The notes: generated from the sequence alone by a model not told the origin. 64,000 nucleotides of DNA from Kiritimatiellia bacterium (GCA_016783675.1 JADHWE010000001.1:955-64954), one strand, 5' to 3'; shown: positions 26,599 through 36,947, numbered from the stretch's first letter. Translations and numbers: made by a program.

Positions 26599-28035
26599 AT
26601 GCTGTGCATGGCGACGTTTGAGATACAGGCACAACAAGATGCGATTCCTGCTCCACCGACGGGGTGGGCAGGACTCGAGACACGTGACCTCCTGCGCAAT
26701 GCGCGCTGGTTCACGCATATTCGTTGGGCGATCATTGCCGCTCTCGGCTTCTCCTCGGCGGTCCAGGCCGCCTGGCCGGGGCTCTTCGCTGCAGTTGGCG
26801 TGCGTCTGCCGGCATTTCCGCTGCTCGCCATGGCCCTGGGACTGGCCGGCACGAACCTACTTTACGTTCTCCTCCTGCGCGGGTGCACGGACACGACTCC
26901 GCGCGGGACCCTGTTCGGGAATCTGTGGCTACAGATTCTGCTCGATCTTGCGGCATTGACCGTCCTGGTTCACCTGTCAGGTAGCCTCACCACCTTCGTC
27001 AGCCTGGCCTACCTCTTCCACATCGTCCTCGCCTGTATCTTCTTTGCCCCGCCCTACAGCCTGCTCGTAACCCTGTTGAGCGGACTCCTGTTTCTCTCCG
27101 TGGTGACACTCGAACTGACCGGGATACTATCACCCCGCAACGTTCTCATTGACGCCCCCTGCTGCCCGGTCAACATGGTTGCCTCTCTGCTCCACGCCCT
27201 CTCGGCGATCGTGTTCTGGCTGGCTGTTTGGTACCTGGTTGCGTTCATCGCACAGCAGCTACGCAAGCGAGACCGCCAGCTGGCCGAGCTTAACCACCGA
27301 CTGACCCTGGCCGAGGAGGAGAACAACCGGCAGGTGCTGCGGACCACACACGACCTGAAGGCGCCCTTTTCCGGCATAGAAAGCAACACCTTGCTCTTGC
27401 GGACCCTGCATTGGGATCAGCTCTCAGAGCCAGTCCGAGACATCATCGAGCGCATCGAGACGCGGTCGGCGGCCCTGCGCGAGCGCATCAAGGACATCCT
27501 GATCCTCGGCGCTATCAAGTCGCAGGAACAGGCGCACAGCATCGCGGTCGAGCGCATTGAGGTTCCTACACTCGTTGCCAGCGTGATCAAGGAGGTGGAA
27601 GATAAGGCCGAACACAGAGGTATCACGATCGCCACGACCGGAGAACGCGGCGCCGTCTACAGTTCGCCAGAGCACTTGAAGACCCTCTTGGGCAACCTGC
27701 TGTCGAATGCCATATTCTACTCGCACGACACCGGAACCGTGAGCATTGCCATCGCCGTCGGTGAAGACCGGACGGTGACCGTTTCGATTGCCGACCAGGG
27801 CATCGGCATTCGCGAGGATGCCCTTCCGAACATCTTCGACGAGTACTACCGCACGCGCGAAGCGGCTCAGCACAACGACATGTCGACTGGGCTCGGCCTG
27901 GCCATTGTCAAGCGTATCGCCGACAATCTCGAGATCATCATCCGCGTACACAGCCACGTGGACCACGGCACCACTTTCGAGGTCGTCATTCCTCGTCGCA
28001 CCACCCCCACCGACCCCGCCGTAGCGCGGCATTAA
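26599..28035 (+). CDS. Sensor histidine kinase with a multi-TM N-terminus. No cognate response regulator is adjacent.
   Basis: H-box THDLKAPFSGI, N-box LLSNAIFYS, G1 DQGIGI, G2 GLGLAIVKRI. About 6 TM N-terminal. The exact start is uncertain. Confidence 0.85.
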   Translation: MLCMATFEIQAQQDAIPAPPTGWAGLETRDLLRNARWFTHIRWAIIAALGFSSAVQAAWPGLFAAVGVRLPAFPLLAMALGLAGTNLLYVLLLRGCTDTTPRGTLFGNLWLQILLDLAALTVLVHLSGSLTTFVSLAYLFHIVLACIFFAPPYSLLVTLLSGLLFLSVVTLELTGILSPRNVLIDAPCCPVNMVASLLHALSAIVFWLAVWYLVAFIAQQLRKRDRQLAELNHRLTLAEEENNRQVLRTTHDLKAPFSGIESNTLLLRTLHWDQLSEPVRDIIERIETRSAALRERIKDILILGAIKSQEQAHSIAVERIEVPTLVASVIKEVEDKAEHRGITIATTGERGAVYSSPEHLKTLLGNLLSNAIFYSHDTGTVSIAIAVGEDRTVTVSIADQGIGIREDALPNIFDEYYRTREAAQHNDMSTGLGLAIVKRIADNLEIIIRVHSHVDHGTTFEVVIPRRTTPTDPAVARH

Positions 28036-28136
28036 GTCCCATTTTCTTGCGTTCTTTGCGCTCTTTCGTGGCTAATTCCTCCCTTTCTCCAAAAGTGCTT
28101 TAGCTTCCGCAATCGACCTCGTAAGATAGCGGTCTT

Positions 28137-31100
28137 GTGAGTAAAAAGCCGTTCGTCCATCTTCATCTGCATACCGCGTTCAGCCTCCTCGATGGGGCCT
28201 GTCCCGTAAAGCGCCTCATGGACGCCGTGGCCGAGAAAGAGATGCCGGCCGTCGCCATCACCGATCACGGGGTCATGTACGGCTGCATCGACTTCTACAA
28301 GGCGGCCCGCGACAAGGGCATTAAGCCCATCATCGGCTGCGAATTCTACATCACGCCCGGCAGCCGCCACGACCGTCGCATTGAGGGCCAGAAGGTTCAG
28401 AATCACCACCTCGTCCTACTGGCCAAGGACATGGTCGGCTACCACAACCTGGTGCACCTCTGCACCGCGGCCCACCTGGAGGGCTTCTACTACAAGCCCC
28501 GTATCGATATGGAGATCCTCTCCCGGCACAACGAGGGGCTGATCGGGCTGAGCGCCTGTCTGAAGGGCGAGGTCACATCGAGACTGGCCGATGAAGACCT
28601 GGCCGGCGGCATTGCCAAGGCCAACCAGTACGGCGATATCCTCGGGCGCGACAACTTCTACATCGAGGTCCAGGACCACGGGATTCCGGAACAGCGCGTG
28701 GCCAGCAAGTTGATGGCCGAACTGTCCACCCAGACCGGCTTCCCGCTCGTGGCAACCAACGACGTCCACTACCTGCAGAAATCCGACGCGGCGGCGCACG
28801 AAGTGCTGCTCTGCCTGCAGACTCAGACCGTGCTGAGCGACCCCAAGCACATGCGCTACCGTACGGACGAGTTCTATCTCAAGAGTCGCGAGGAGATGGA
28901 CGTGATCTTCCGCGACTACCCGGGCGCAGTCGACATCACCAACGAGATCGCCGACCGCTGCAACGTGGAGTTCGAATTCGGAAAACTCCACTTCCCCTCG
29001 TACGACGCCACCGAAGGGCTTTCACACCGCGAGTACCTTATCAAGCTCGGACACGAAGGTATTGCGCGACTCTACGACGTACCGGATCCGGCCAATCCGA
29101 AGACCGACAAGGAAAAGGAGATCATGGATCGGTTCGATCACGAAATGGCCGTGATCGAGAAGACCGGCTTCGTGAATTACTTCCTCGTGGTGTGGGACTT
29201 CATGAACTACGCGCGCAAGCATGAGATCCCCGTCGGCCCCGGCCGCGGTTCGGGTGGCGGCAGTATCGTGGCCTATGCGCTCGGCATCACGACGATCGAC
29301 CCCCTGCGCTACGAGCTCATCTTCGAACGCTTCCTCAACCCGGAACGTGTGTCACCGCCCGACTTCGATATCGACTTCTGCCAGGCCCGACGCGGCGAGG
29401 TGATCGAGTATGTAAAAGACAAGTATGGCCGCGACAGCGTCGCGCAGATCATCACGTTCGGCTCCCTCGGCGCCAAAACCGTCATCCGCGATGTCGGGCG
29501 CGTGCTCGAGATCCCCTATAGCCGTTGCGACCAACTCTCGAAAATGGTGCCCGAAGATCCGAAGATGACCCTGAGAAAGGCCATGGAGGAGAATCCGGAC
29601 TTCAAACGTGCCTACGACAACGACGAGGACTGCAAGCGTATCCTCGATTACGGCTTCGTGCTCGAGGGACTCTACCGTAATGCGGGCACGCATGCTGCGG
29701 GTGTCGTCATCGGAGAGAAGCCACTGGTCGAGATCATCCCGCTCTCCCGCGATAAAGACAAACAGCCGGTCACGCAGTACACGATGGAACCCTTGGGCGA
29801 GATCGGGTTGCTGAAGATGGACTTCCTCGGGCTCAAGACCTTGACCGTGCTGAAGGAAGCCACTGAACTGATGAAGGAGATCCACGGCGTTGATATTGAC
29901 CTGGAGGAGATCCCTTTCGACGATGCTCCGGCGTACGAGCTGCTGAATCGAGGCGACACGGTCGGCGTCTTCCAGCTCGAGTCCGGCGGCATGCGCGACC
30001 TGATTCGACGGATCGGGATCGACCGGATCGAGGACCTCATCGCCATGATCGCGCTCTATCGGCCCGGCCCGATGAACATGCTGCCCGATTACATCGAGCG
30101 CAAATCCGGCCGCGCCAAGATCAAGTACGACCACCCCTTGCTCGAGCCCATTCTGAAAGAAACCTACGGCGTCATGGTCTACCAGGAGCAAGTGCAGCGC
30201 GCGGCCAACGTGCTGGCCGGTTACTCGCTGGGCGAGGCCGACATCCTGCGCCGGGCCATGGGTAAGAAGAAGCAATCGGTCATGGAAGAGCAACGCCAGA
30301 AGTTCGTGGCCGGATGCAAGACCGCCAACAACATCGACAGCCGGTTGGCGGGCAGCATCTTTGACACGATGGCCAAGTTTGCCGGCTACGGGTTCAACAA
30401 GGCGCACAGCGCGGGGTACGGCATCATCGCTTACCAGACCGCCTACCTGAAGGCCAACTATCCGGCCGAGTTCATGGCGGCGCTGATTTCGAGCGAGATC
30501 GGAAACTTCGATAAGCTGCCCGTGTTCATCAACGAAGCCATTGCCATGGATCTCGAGATCCTGCCCCCTGATGTGAACGCGAGCCGCCCGCGCTTCATGC
30601 CCGAAGGTACGACCATCCGCTTCGGACTGGCCGGCATCAAGAACGTCGGCACCGGCGCCTCGCAGGCGATTGTGGATGAGCGCATAGCCAACGGGCCGTA
30701 TACGGGCATGGTCGACCTCTGCTCGCGCGTTGACAGCTCGCTCCTGAACAAGAAGGCCCTCGAGAGCCTGGTGCGTGCAGGCGCGATGGATTGCTTCGGG
30801 AAGCATCGGGCCCGCATTTTCAACGGCATCGACTTTGCATCGGCCCGCGCCGCCTCAGCCCTGCGCGACAAGCGGTCCGGCCAAGGCAACCTGTTCGATA
30901 TGCTCGAGACGCCGGAGTCCGCCGTCGCCACCGACGACTTGCCCGACTGCGATCCGTGGCACGAGAGTGAACAGCTCGCCGGTGAGCGTGAGTTGCTCGG
31001 GATCTACATGAGCGGGCACCCCCTCACCCAGTACGCCCCTGTCCTGAATCGCTACCAGACGATGAGCATACCCGATATGGGGAACGCGGAAGACCATGCC

Positions 31101-31661
31101 CAGGTGCGCATTGGCGGCATCATCTCGACCGTGACCCGCCGCGTGACCAAGGCCACAAAGGAATCGATGGCCATTCTCCAGCTCGAAGACCTGGACGGGT
31201 ATACCGAGGTTCTCGTCTTCCCGGAGGCCTTCCAGAAGTATGGCGTGCATGTACACGAGGATGCCGCTGTGCTCGTGTGCGGGGAGGTGTCACGAAGGGA
31301 GGATGAGCCCAAGCTGATCGCGTACGAGATCTACCCGCTCGCCGACGCACCGCGTCACTTCGCGACCAAGGTAAGCGTTCACCTTCCCGTATCGCACATG
31401 GAAGAGAAGCTGCCCCGCGTGCGCGACCTGATCAAGACGCATCCGGGCGAGACACCGGTGATTATTTGCCTGCAGTTCGCCGGGGGCGAGAAGGTATTCA
31501 TGGACACCGACCCCACCTTCAAGGTGCTTGCCGAGGAGTCGCTTGTGCACGAGCTACAGCAGGAGATCGGCGAAGACAGCATCTACGTGGCCACCACCTC
31601 GAAAGCCTGCCTGCGCGAACGCAACGGCAAAAACGGCCGCGGCCGTTGGAACGGACGGTAG
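28137..31661 (+). CDS. dnaE: DNA polymerase III alpha subunit
   Basis: 1174 aa. PHP domain FVHLHLHTAFSLLDG... GTG start. Confidence 0.95.
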   Translation: MSKKPFVHLHLHTAFSLLDGACPVKRLMDAVAEKEMPAVAITDHGVMYGCIDFYKAARDKGIKPIIGCEFYITPGSRHDRRIEGQKVQNHHLVLLAKDMVGYHNLVHLCTAAHLEGFYYKPRIDMEILSRHNEGLIGLSACLKGEVTSRLADEDLAGGIAKANQYGDILGRDNFYIEVQDHGIPEQRVASKLMAELSTQTGFPLVATNDVHYLQKSDAAAHEVLLCLQTQTVLSDPKHMRYRTDEFYLKSREEMDVIFRDYPGAVDITNEIADRCNVEFEFGKLHFPSYDATEGLSHREYLIKLGHEGIARLYDVPDPANPKTDKEKEIMDRFDHEMAVIEKTGFVNYFLVVWDFMNYARKHEIPVGPGRGSGGGSIVAYALGITTIDPLRYELIFERFLNPERVSPPDFDIDFCQARRGEVIEYVKDKYGRDSVAQIITFGSLGAKTVIRDVGRVLEIPYSRCDQLSKMVPEDPKMTLRKAMEENPDFKRAYDNDEDCKRILDYGFVLEGLYRNAGTHAAGVVIGEKPLVEIIPLSRDKDKQPVTQYTMEPLGEIGLLKMDFLGLKTLTVLKEATELMKEIHGVDIDLEEIPFDDAPAYELLNRGDTVGVFQLESGGMRDLIRRIGIDRIEDLIAMIALYRPGPMNMLPDYIERKSGRAKIKYDHPLLEPILKETYGVMVYQEQVQRAANVLAGYSLGEADILRRAMGKKKQSVMEEQRQKFVAGCKTANNIDSRLAGSIFDTMAKFAGYGFNKAHSAGYGIIAYQTAYLKANYPAEFMAALISSEIGNFDKLPVFINEAIAMDLEILPPDVNASRPRFMPEGTTIRFGLAGIKNVGTGASQAIVDERIANGPYTGMVDLCSRVDSSLLNKKALESLVRAGAMDCFGKHRARIFNGIDFASARAASALRDKRSGQGNLFDMLETPESAVATDDLPDCDPWHESEQLAGERELLGIYMSGHPLTQYAPVLNRYQTMSIPDMGNAEDHAQVRIGGIISTVTRRVTKATKESMAILQLEDLDGYTEVLVFPEAFQKYGVHVHEDAAVLVCGEVSRREDEPKLIAYEIYPLADAPRHFATKVSVHLPVSHMEEKLPRVRDLIKTHPGETPVIICLQFAGGEKVFMDTDPTFKVLAEESLVHELQQEIGEDSIYVATTSKACLRERNGKNGRGRWNGR

Positions 31662-31662
31662 C

Positions 31663-33861
31663 CTACCTTCCTTCCATCCATTCCCGGATGTCGTCATCGA
31701 TCGGCGTCACGCGCGTAATCCTGCACTCGCCGGCAGGAATCCGGCAGCTGCCCACCTCCACCGTTTCGGGCAGCGTAATGCTGTCGCCTGCGCGCTTGCC
31801 GAGGAGTAGCTCGGCCACGCCGCTGCCGGCACCCACAATACCCAGGGCTTCGTCGCGATCCCATTCGCCCAGGATACAGAGGCGCTGTTCCTCGCTATCC
31901 ACGCCTGCGATCCAGATGCAGGTCGCCATCCCAGCCACCTCGGCCGGGGCATTCTTGAAATCGGTGGCCCGCACGGTGGAGAGATCGGCCTCCAGTTCGC
32001 CCTTGCGCTGCATCAGCAGGGCCTGGCGATCCTTGGCCGACTGGTATTCGAAATTCTCACGCAGGTCGCCGTAGCTTCGCGCCACGCCGATCTCGCGGCT
32101 ATTCTCGGGAATATCCACCTCAACCACCTTCTTGAGTGTGGCCTGCCGCTCCCGGAAGCTGCGCCATGAGGTCAGGCGCGCGCGCACCGGCTCATCCGGC
32201 TCGTCATCGCGTCCCGCTTCCGTAATGCGTTTCAACTCCGGGTAGGTCTTCAAGACGCGCGCCAGCACACCACGGCTCTCGGTCGGATCCCAATTCGTGG
32301 CCGCGGTCACGCGGCGCGTGAAGCCTTCCCGACCCAACTCGCTGACCGAGGCCAGCAGAGCGTCCATCCACGCCTGTTGCTCAAAGAGCGTGCGCAGCAG
32401 GTTCTGCGCACGCAAGGCGTGATAGGCGCACGAGGTCTCAAACACACGCACGCAGCGGAAAAGGAGGTCCTCACGGGACACGGGCTGGTTGCGGTCAACG
32501 AAGTCCAGGTTACGACAGAGCCAGCACACGGTCGTGGCGGCTACGCTGTCGGCATCAAAGGTCTCGCGGAACCGCGCCGCAACGCTCGCCTCACGCCCCT
32601 GCTCGATGAGGTAGGGAACCACCTCGTCCAGCAGACGAATCGACAGCACATCCAGCATCTCCAACAAGCCTGCAGCGAAGTCATCACTGAAGTGTCCTGC
32701 CAGCAGTTGAATGAACGGCTTCAGTTCGCGCGCCGGAAGGGCGTCAACCGTCGCCACGAATCGTTCCTGCGCCAGCATGCGCTGCAGGATCGCCCGCATC
32801 TTCTCTCCCGGCGTTCCGTCCGTTGCCCCAAGGCGATCGGCCGCGTTGCAGGCTGCCGCTGCGACTTGGGGAGCACGCAACTCGGTTCCAAGTGCGGCGA
32901 AAGCCAGCCGGTCGGCCAACACACTACGGGCCGCGTCATCCAGGCTGCTCGTATCGGTTGCGCCTTCCAACTCGTAGACCCGTTCAAGGATCGTCTCGCA
33001 GTCACGCTCAGCCTGCAACTTCTCAAACCAGGCGGCATCGTACTGTTTGGCTGATGCGAGGAGGCGGATGTTCTCGGTACGCTTGGCCGGGATCTCCACC
33101 AGGTCATCGTTTCTGAGACCGCGACGCGCACCATCCCAGAAGGTCTTCCACTTGGCCGGATCCACAATACCGTCTTCAAGAATCTCCCTCAGGAGAGGAG
33201 CCTGCATATCGCCGTAGCTGCGAAGCACCATGCGCACGATCTCAGCGGGGTCGTCCTTAATGCGACGGGCCAGTTCTTCGGGGTCGCGGTGACGCAGTGT
33301 GAGAATGTGATCCTCCGTGAGCAGCGTCAGTGCTTTGGCTGCATAGCCATACGTCATGGAGTGCTGCGGTTTGCCTTCGAAATCGATCACGACCTTCATG
33401 TAGAAGTCGTCACACTTTTTCACGACGCCAAAGCCCCACGTACTGTCAAGCACCAGCGCCCCAGCCTGCAGGCCCAGCAGTAGATTGATCCTACCCATAC
33501 AGGTGGCTACGTCATCACGGCCATCGAACCCGGCGCTTGCTACGATCTCCTTGTCACTGCGATTGCGGAACACGGATTGCAGAGCCTTGTGGCAAAGCTT
33601 CTTGAAGGTCGGATCGTCCGCTCGCCAGCCCAGCTCCGCGGTCATCAGTGCGGCCATCTGGTCACGATCACGCCGCTGGACCAGCGTCTCCTGCACCAGC
33701 TCGGACCAATCGTTGGCCAGCGGCTTGCGGCTGGTTTCGGCCAGTGAGACCAGTACAGACACCAGTTTGTCAAACGGCAGCGGATCCGCCTCAAGTCCCC
33801 CAAGGAACCACTCCTCCTGTGCTTCTGCTTCCATCGACTCCCATTCTGCCGGCAAACTCAT
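31663..33861 (-). CDS. greA: Long-form GreA-family transcript-cleavage factor (about 580-aa N-terminal extension plus a GreA-like C-terminus)
   Basis: The C-terminus has YGDLRENFEYQSAKDRQALLMQRKGELEADLSTVRA ... LGIVGAGSGVAELLLGKRAGDSITLP, aligning to the GreA coiled-coil tip (D/E conserved) and globular domain. Start set to ATG 33861, preceded by AGGAGG. Confidence 0.75.
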   Translation of the reverse strand: MSLPAEWESMEAEAQEEWFLGGLEADPLPFDKLVSVLVSLAETSRKPLANDWSELVQETLVQRRDRDQMAALMTAELGWRADDPTFKKLCHKALQSVFRNRSDKEIVASAGFDGRDDVATCMGRINLLLGLQAGALVLDSTWGFGVVKKCDDFYMKVVIDFEGKPQHSMTYGYAAKALTLLTEDHILTLRHRDPEELARRIKDDPAEIVRMVLRSYGDMQAPLLREILEDGIVDPAKWKTFWDGARRGLRNDDLVEIPAKRTENIRLLASAKQYDAAWFEKLQAERDCETILERVYELEGATDTSSLDDAARSVLADRLAFAALGTELRAPQVAAAACNAADRLGATDGTPGEKMRAILQRMLAQERFVATVDALPARELKPFIQLLAGHFSDDFAAGLLEMLDVLSIRLLDEVVPYLIEQGREASVAARFRETFDADSVAATTVCWLCRNLDFVDRNQPVSREDLLFRCVRVFETSCAYHALRAQNLLRTLFEQQAWMDALLASVSELGREGFTRRVTAATNWDPTESRGVLARVLKTYPELKRITEAGRDDEPDEPVRARLTSWRSFRERQATLKKVVEVDIPENSREIGVARSYGDLRENFEYQSAKDRQALLMQRKGELEADLSTVRATDFKNAPAEVAGMATCIWIAGVDSEEQRLCILGEWDRDEALGIVGAGSGVAELLLGKRAGDSITLPETVEVGSCRIPAGECRITRVTPIDDDIREWMEGR

Positions 33862-33956
33862 GCTCACTCCTCCTAGTATTCCCAAAACAGCCGCACAGTC
33901 TGCCACACCTGAGAAAATGGTTCAAGGTCTGCGGGGATTGGTCTAGACTCGGGTCC

Positions 33957-34352
33957 ATGAAGACGATTGCGATCAGAACGAGCGGACGAACCGATTTTGT
34001 GGACATCACGGCGCAGGTAGCAGCCGCCGCGCGCGAACTCGATGTGACAGGCGGCATCGTTACCGTGTTTGTCCCCCACACCACGGCCGGAGTGACCATC
34101 AACGAAAATGCGGACCCGGATGCAACCGCCGACATGGAGCTGGTGCTCGATCGCGTGGTGCCCTGGACCGGCGGCTATGCCCACTGCGAAGGCAACACCG
34201 CAGCCCATGCGAAAGCATCCATGATGGGCTCTTCCTGCCAAGTCATTGTCGAAGACGGACGCCTCGCCCTCGGAACCTGGCAGGCGATCTACTTCTGCGA
34301 ATTCGACGGCCCCCGTTCACGCAAGGTGTGGGTTTCAGGCGTGTCGGGGTGA
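33957..34352 (+). CDS. YjbQ/UPF0047 family protein (secondary thiamine-phosphate synthase-like)
   Basis: MKTIAIRTSGRTDFVDITAQV...VPHTTAGVTINENADPD...GNTAAHAKASMMG. Start moved to ATG 33957. Confidence 0.85.
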   Translation: MKTIAIRTSGRTDFVDITAQVAAAARELDVTGGIVTVFVPHTTAGVTINENADPDATADMELVLDRVVPWTGGYAHCEGNTAAHAKASMMGSSCQVIVEDGRLALGTWQAIYFCEFDGPRSRKVWVSGVSG

Positions 34353-34443
34353 CAGACGCGGAATTAAGTCGTGATTAGTCCTATTTAAGAATGGCCACCT
34401 ATGCCTCTTCCTGTTAGACTCTCTGGAAAAGGAAGACAATACA

Positions 34444-36279
34444 GTGAAACACTCACATAAACTTGGCTTGTTCGATGTATTCTGCACCGCCACCGGCGCC
34501 ATGATCAGTTCGGGACTGTTCATACTGCCGGGGTTGGCCCATGCCGAGGCGGGGCCGGCGGTGGTATTGTCTTACCTGCTGGCGGGGCTGTTGGCGCTGA
34601 CCGGGTTGCTGAGCCAGTCCGAACTGGTGTCGGCTATGCCGAAAACGGGGGGCACGTATTACTATGTCACGCGCAGCATGGGCGCGGCGATGGGCACAGT
34701 GGATGGGCTCATTACGTGGTTCTCCGTTTCGCTGAAGAGCGCTTTTGCGCTGGTCGGTATGGCGGCCTTCATGGGGGCACTGGCACACGCCATTGACATC
34801 CGTATTGTCGCGTTGTTGCTCTGCCTGTTCTTCGTGGGGCTCAACATCCTCGGGATCGAGGGCGCGGCGCTTGTGCAGCGCTGGCTGGTTGTCGGGCTTC
34901 TCGCCATCCTGGGGGTCTACATCGTGCGCGGCATGCCGGCCATAGACGTTGCGAACTTTGAGCCTTTCGCACCGCATGGTTTTCTGCCGGTTCTGTCGAC
35001 GGCCGGACTGGTCTTCATCTCATTCGGTGGACTGGTCAAGGTGGCCGCCATTGCAGAGGAGGTTAAGCGCCCGGCGCGAACCGTACCGTTGGGCATGATG
35101 CTTTCTCTTTCCGTGGTATCGCTCCTCTATTTTCTCGTGGTCTTCGTGACGTCAGGAGCGCTGGGAGGCGAGAAGCTCGATGTATCGCTGACACCCATCT
35201 CAGACGGGGCACGCGTCTTCCTGGGCAAGCCCGGGGTCATCCTGCTCAGCATCGCGGCTATCCTGGCGTTTATCTCCACGGCGAACGCCGGCATCATGGC
35301 GGCCTCGCGCTATCCCGTGGCCCTTTCGCGTGACCGGCTTCTGCCCGCGGCGTTCGGAACGATCAACAAGCGGTTCCACACACCGCACGTCTCGCTGCTT
35401 TTCACAGGCGGATTCATGGTTCTCGCCCTCTTTCTCAAACTCGCCATCCTGATCAAGGTGGCCTCAAGTGTGCTGATCCTGACCTTCCTCTTCTCCTGTC
35501 TCTCCGTCATCATCATGCGCGAAAGCAGGCTCCAGAATTACCGGCCCCAGTTCCGTTCGCCCCTCTATCCGTGGGTGCAGATCATCGGGATTGTTGGCTG
35601 TCTCCTGCTCCTGGTCGGAATGGGTACGCCGGCCTTGTTGGCCAGCGCCGTACTCATTGCCACCGGATTCTTCTCCTACTGGTTCTATGGACGTGTGAGA
35701 AGCACGCGTGAGTATGCCCTGCTCCACCTGGTCGAGCGCCTGACCTCGAAAGACCTCACCGAGCACCTGCTGGAATCAGAGTTGAAGGAGGTCATTCGCG
35801 AGCGCGACCATATCTCGACCGACCGGTTCGACCATATCATCGAGGAGTGCCCCATTCTCGATATCGATCACCACATGACGTTGGACGAGTTCTTCAAAGA
35901 GGCGGCCGAGACGCTGGCACCGCGTCTCAGCACGCCAAAGGATGAGATTGTGCGACTGCTGCACGAGAGGGAGAAGGATACCAGCACCGTGATTGCTTCC
36001 GGCCTGGCCATCCCGCATCTCGTCCTCAAGGGCGAGCAGAAGTTTGACATTCTGCTCGCACGCTGCAAGCCGGGTATCGCCTGGTCCGGGGATGTCCCTG
36101 AGGTACATGCCGTCTTCGTGCTGGCCGGCACAAAGGATGAGCGCAACTTCCACCTCCGTGCCCTGGCAGCGATTGCACAGATTGCCCAGCCACTGCACTT
36201 CTACAAGCGCTGGATCCAGGCCCGCAACGAGGAAGCCCTGCGCGACGTGGTGCTGCTCGGGCAGCGGCAACGGTTGTAG
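34444..36279 (+). CDS. APC-superfamily amino acid/polyamine transporter fused to a C-terminal PTS EIIA-2 (EIIA-Ntr-like) domain
   Basis: N-terminal 12-TM APC core (FCTATGAMISSGLFILPG). The C-terminal approximately 150 aa has IASGLAIPHLVLKG...VFVLAGTKDERNFHLRALAAIA, an EIIA-2 signature with the phospho-His context. GTG start. Confidence 0.8.
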   Translation: MKHSHKLGLFDVFCTATGAMISSGLFILPGLAHAEAGPAVVLSYLLAGLLALTGLLSQSELVSAMPKTGGTYYYVTRSMGAAMGTVDGLITWFSVSLKSAFALVGMAAFMGALAHAIDIRIVALLLCLFFVGLNILGIEGAALVQRWLVVGLLAILGVYIVRGMPAIDVANFEPFAPHGFLPVLSTAGLVFISFGGLVKVAAIAEEVKRPARTVPLGMMLSLSVVSLLYFLVVFVTSGALGGEKLDVSLTPISDGARVFLGKPGVILLSIAAILAFISTANAGIMAASRYPVALSRDRLLPAAFGTINKRFHTPHVSLLFTGGFMVLALFLKLAILIKVASSVLILTFLFSCLSVIIMRESRLQNYRPQFRSPLYPWVQIIGIVGCLLLLVGMGTPALLASAVLIATGFFSYWFYGRVRSTREYALLHLVERLTSKDLTEHLLESELKEVIRERDHISTDRFDHIIEECPILDIDHHMTLDEFFKEAAETLAPRLSTPKDEIVRLLHEREKDTSTVIASGLAIPHLVLKGEQKFDILLARCKPGIAWSGDVPEVHAVFVLAGTKDERNFHLRALAAIAQIAQPLHFYKRWIQARNEEALRDVVLLGQRQRL

Positions 36280-36309
36280 GGCGAAGTCCTGTGCAATATA
36301 GCTTGCCCC

Positions 36310-36395
36310 GGCTCGCTCGGAGAGCTCGCCCTACCTGATCCTGGGCGGATCTTCACCGAGGGCAAGGTAGGGCGAGCTGTCCCCAGCGAGCCGCA
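36310..36395. repeat. REP-like element, double-arm copy
   Basis: Left arm GGCTCGCTCGGAGAGCTCGCCCTACC (36310-36335), 30-nt spacer, right arm GGTAGGGCGAGCTGTCCCCAGCGAGCCGCA (36366-36395). Confidence 0.75.
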
Positions 36396-36444
36396 CGCGG
36401 CCGCCTTGACAAGCTCGGGCACGCACCGCAAACTCTTTTCTTAG

Positions 36445-36840
36445 ATGAAGAAGAAACCGTCCAAGAAGAAGATGAGCGAGGTCTGCCGTACGTGCGGTGC
36501 GCGCTGCTGCCGTTACATTGCGACGGAGATCGACACGCCCACCTGCAAACGTGACTATGACCACATCCGCTGGTATCTCATGCACGAGAACATCCACGTC
36601 TTCATGGATCACGAAGATGACTGGTGTATCGAACTGGAGAGCCCGTGTGAATACCTCGGCCCGGACGGACGCTGCATGAACTACAAGGACCGTCCCCGAA
36701 TCTGCCGCAACTACGGTGATGACCACCAGAGCTGCGAGTATCTCTCGGAGGATGAGCCCCACAAACTTCGCTTCTCAACCGCCCCCGAGTACGAAGCCTG
36801 GCTCGAAAAGAAAAAGATCACGTGGCGCTTTAAGAAATAG
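36445..36840 (+). CDS. YkgJ-family (UPF0153) cysteine-cluster protein
   Basis: 131 aa. CRTCGARCCRY N-terminal CxxCxxCC plus a C-terminal Cys set (CEYLGPDGRCMNY...RPRICRNY). Confidence 0.7.
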   Translation: MKKKPSKKKMSEVCRTCGARCCRYIATEIDTPTCKRDYDHIRWYLMHENIHVFMDHEDDWCIELESPCEYLGPDGRCMNYKDRPRICRNYGDDHQSCEYLSEDEPHKLRFSTAPEYEAWLEKKKITWRFKK

Positions 36841-36947
36841 ACCCGCTTCTTTTCTGCGCTCGTTGCCATTCACTTCGTTCATTGCTGGCGCAAGCGCCAG
36901 CCAGTTGCGCGCACGCTCGCTGCGGCGCTCTCTTGCGGCCACGTCTC

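Noticed and set aside
36884-36901. GCTGGCGC-AA-GCGCCAGC palindrome between the convergent ykgJ-like and pilD genes, as a bidirectional terminator
   Set aside because: The 2-nt loop is sterically impossible without opening the stem, and there is no flanking T- or A-run. It may still be a weak hairpin, but I do not annotate it as a terminator.
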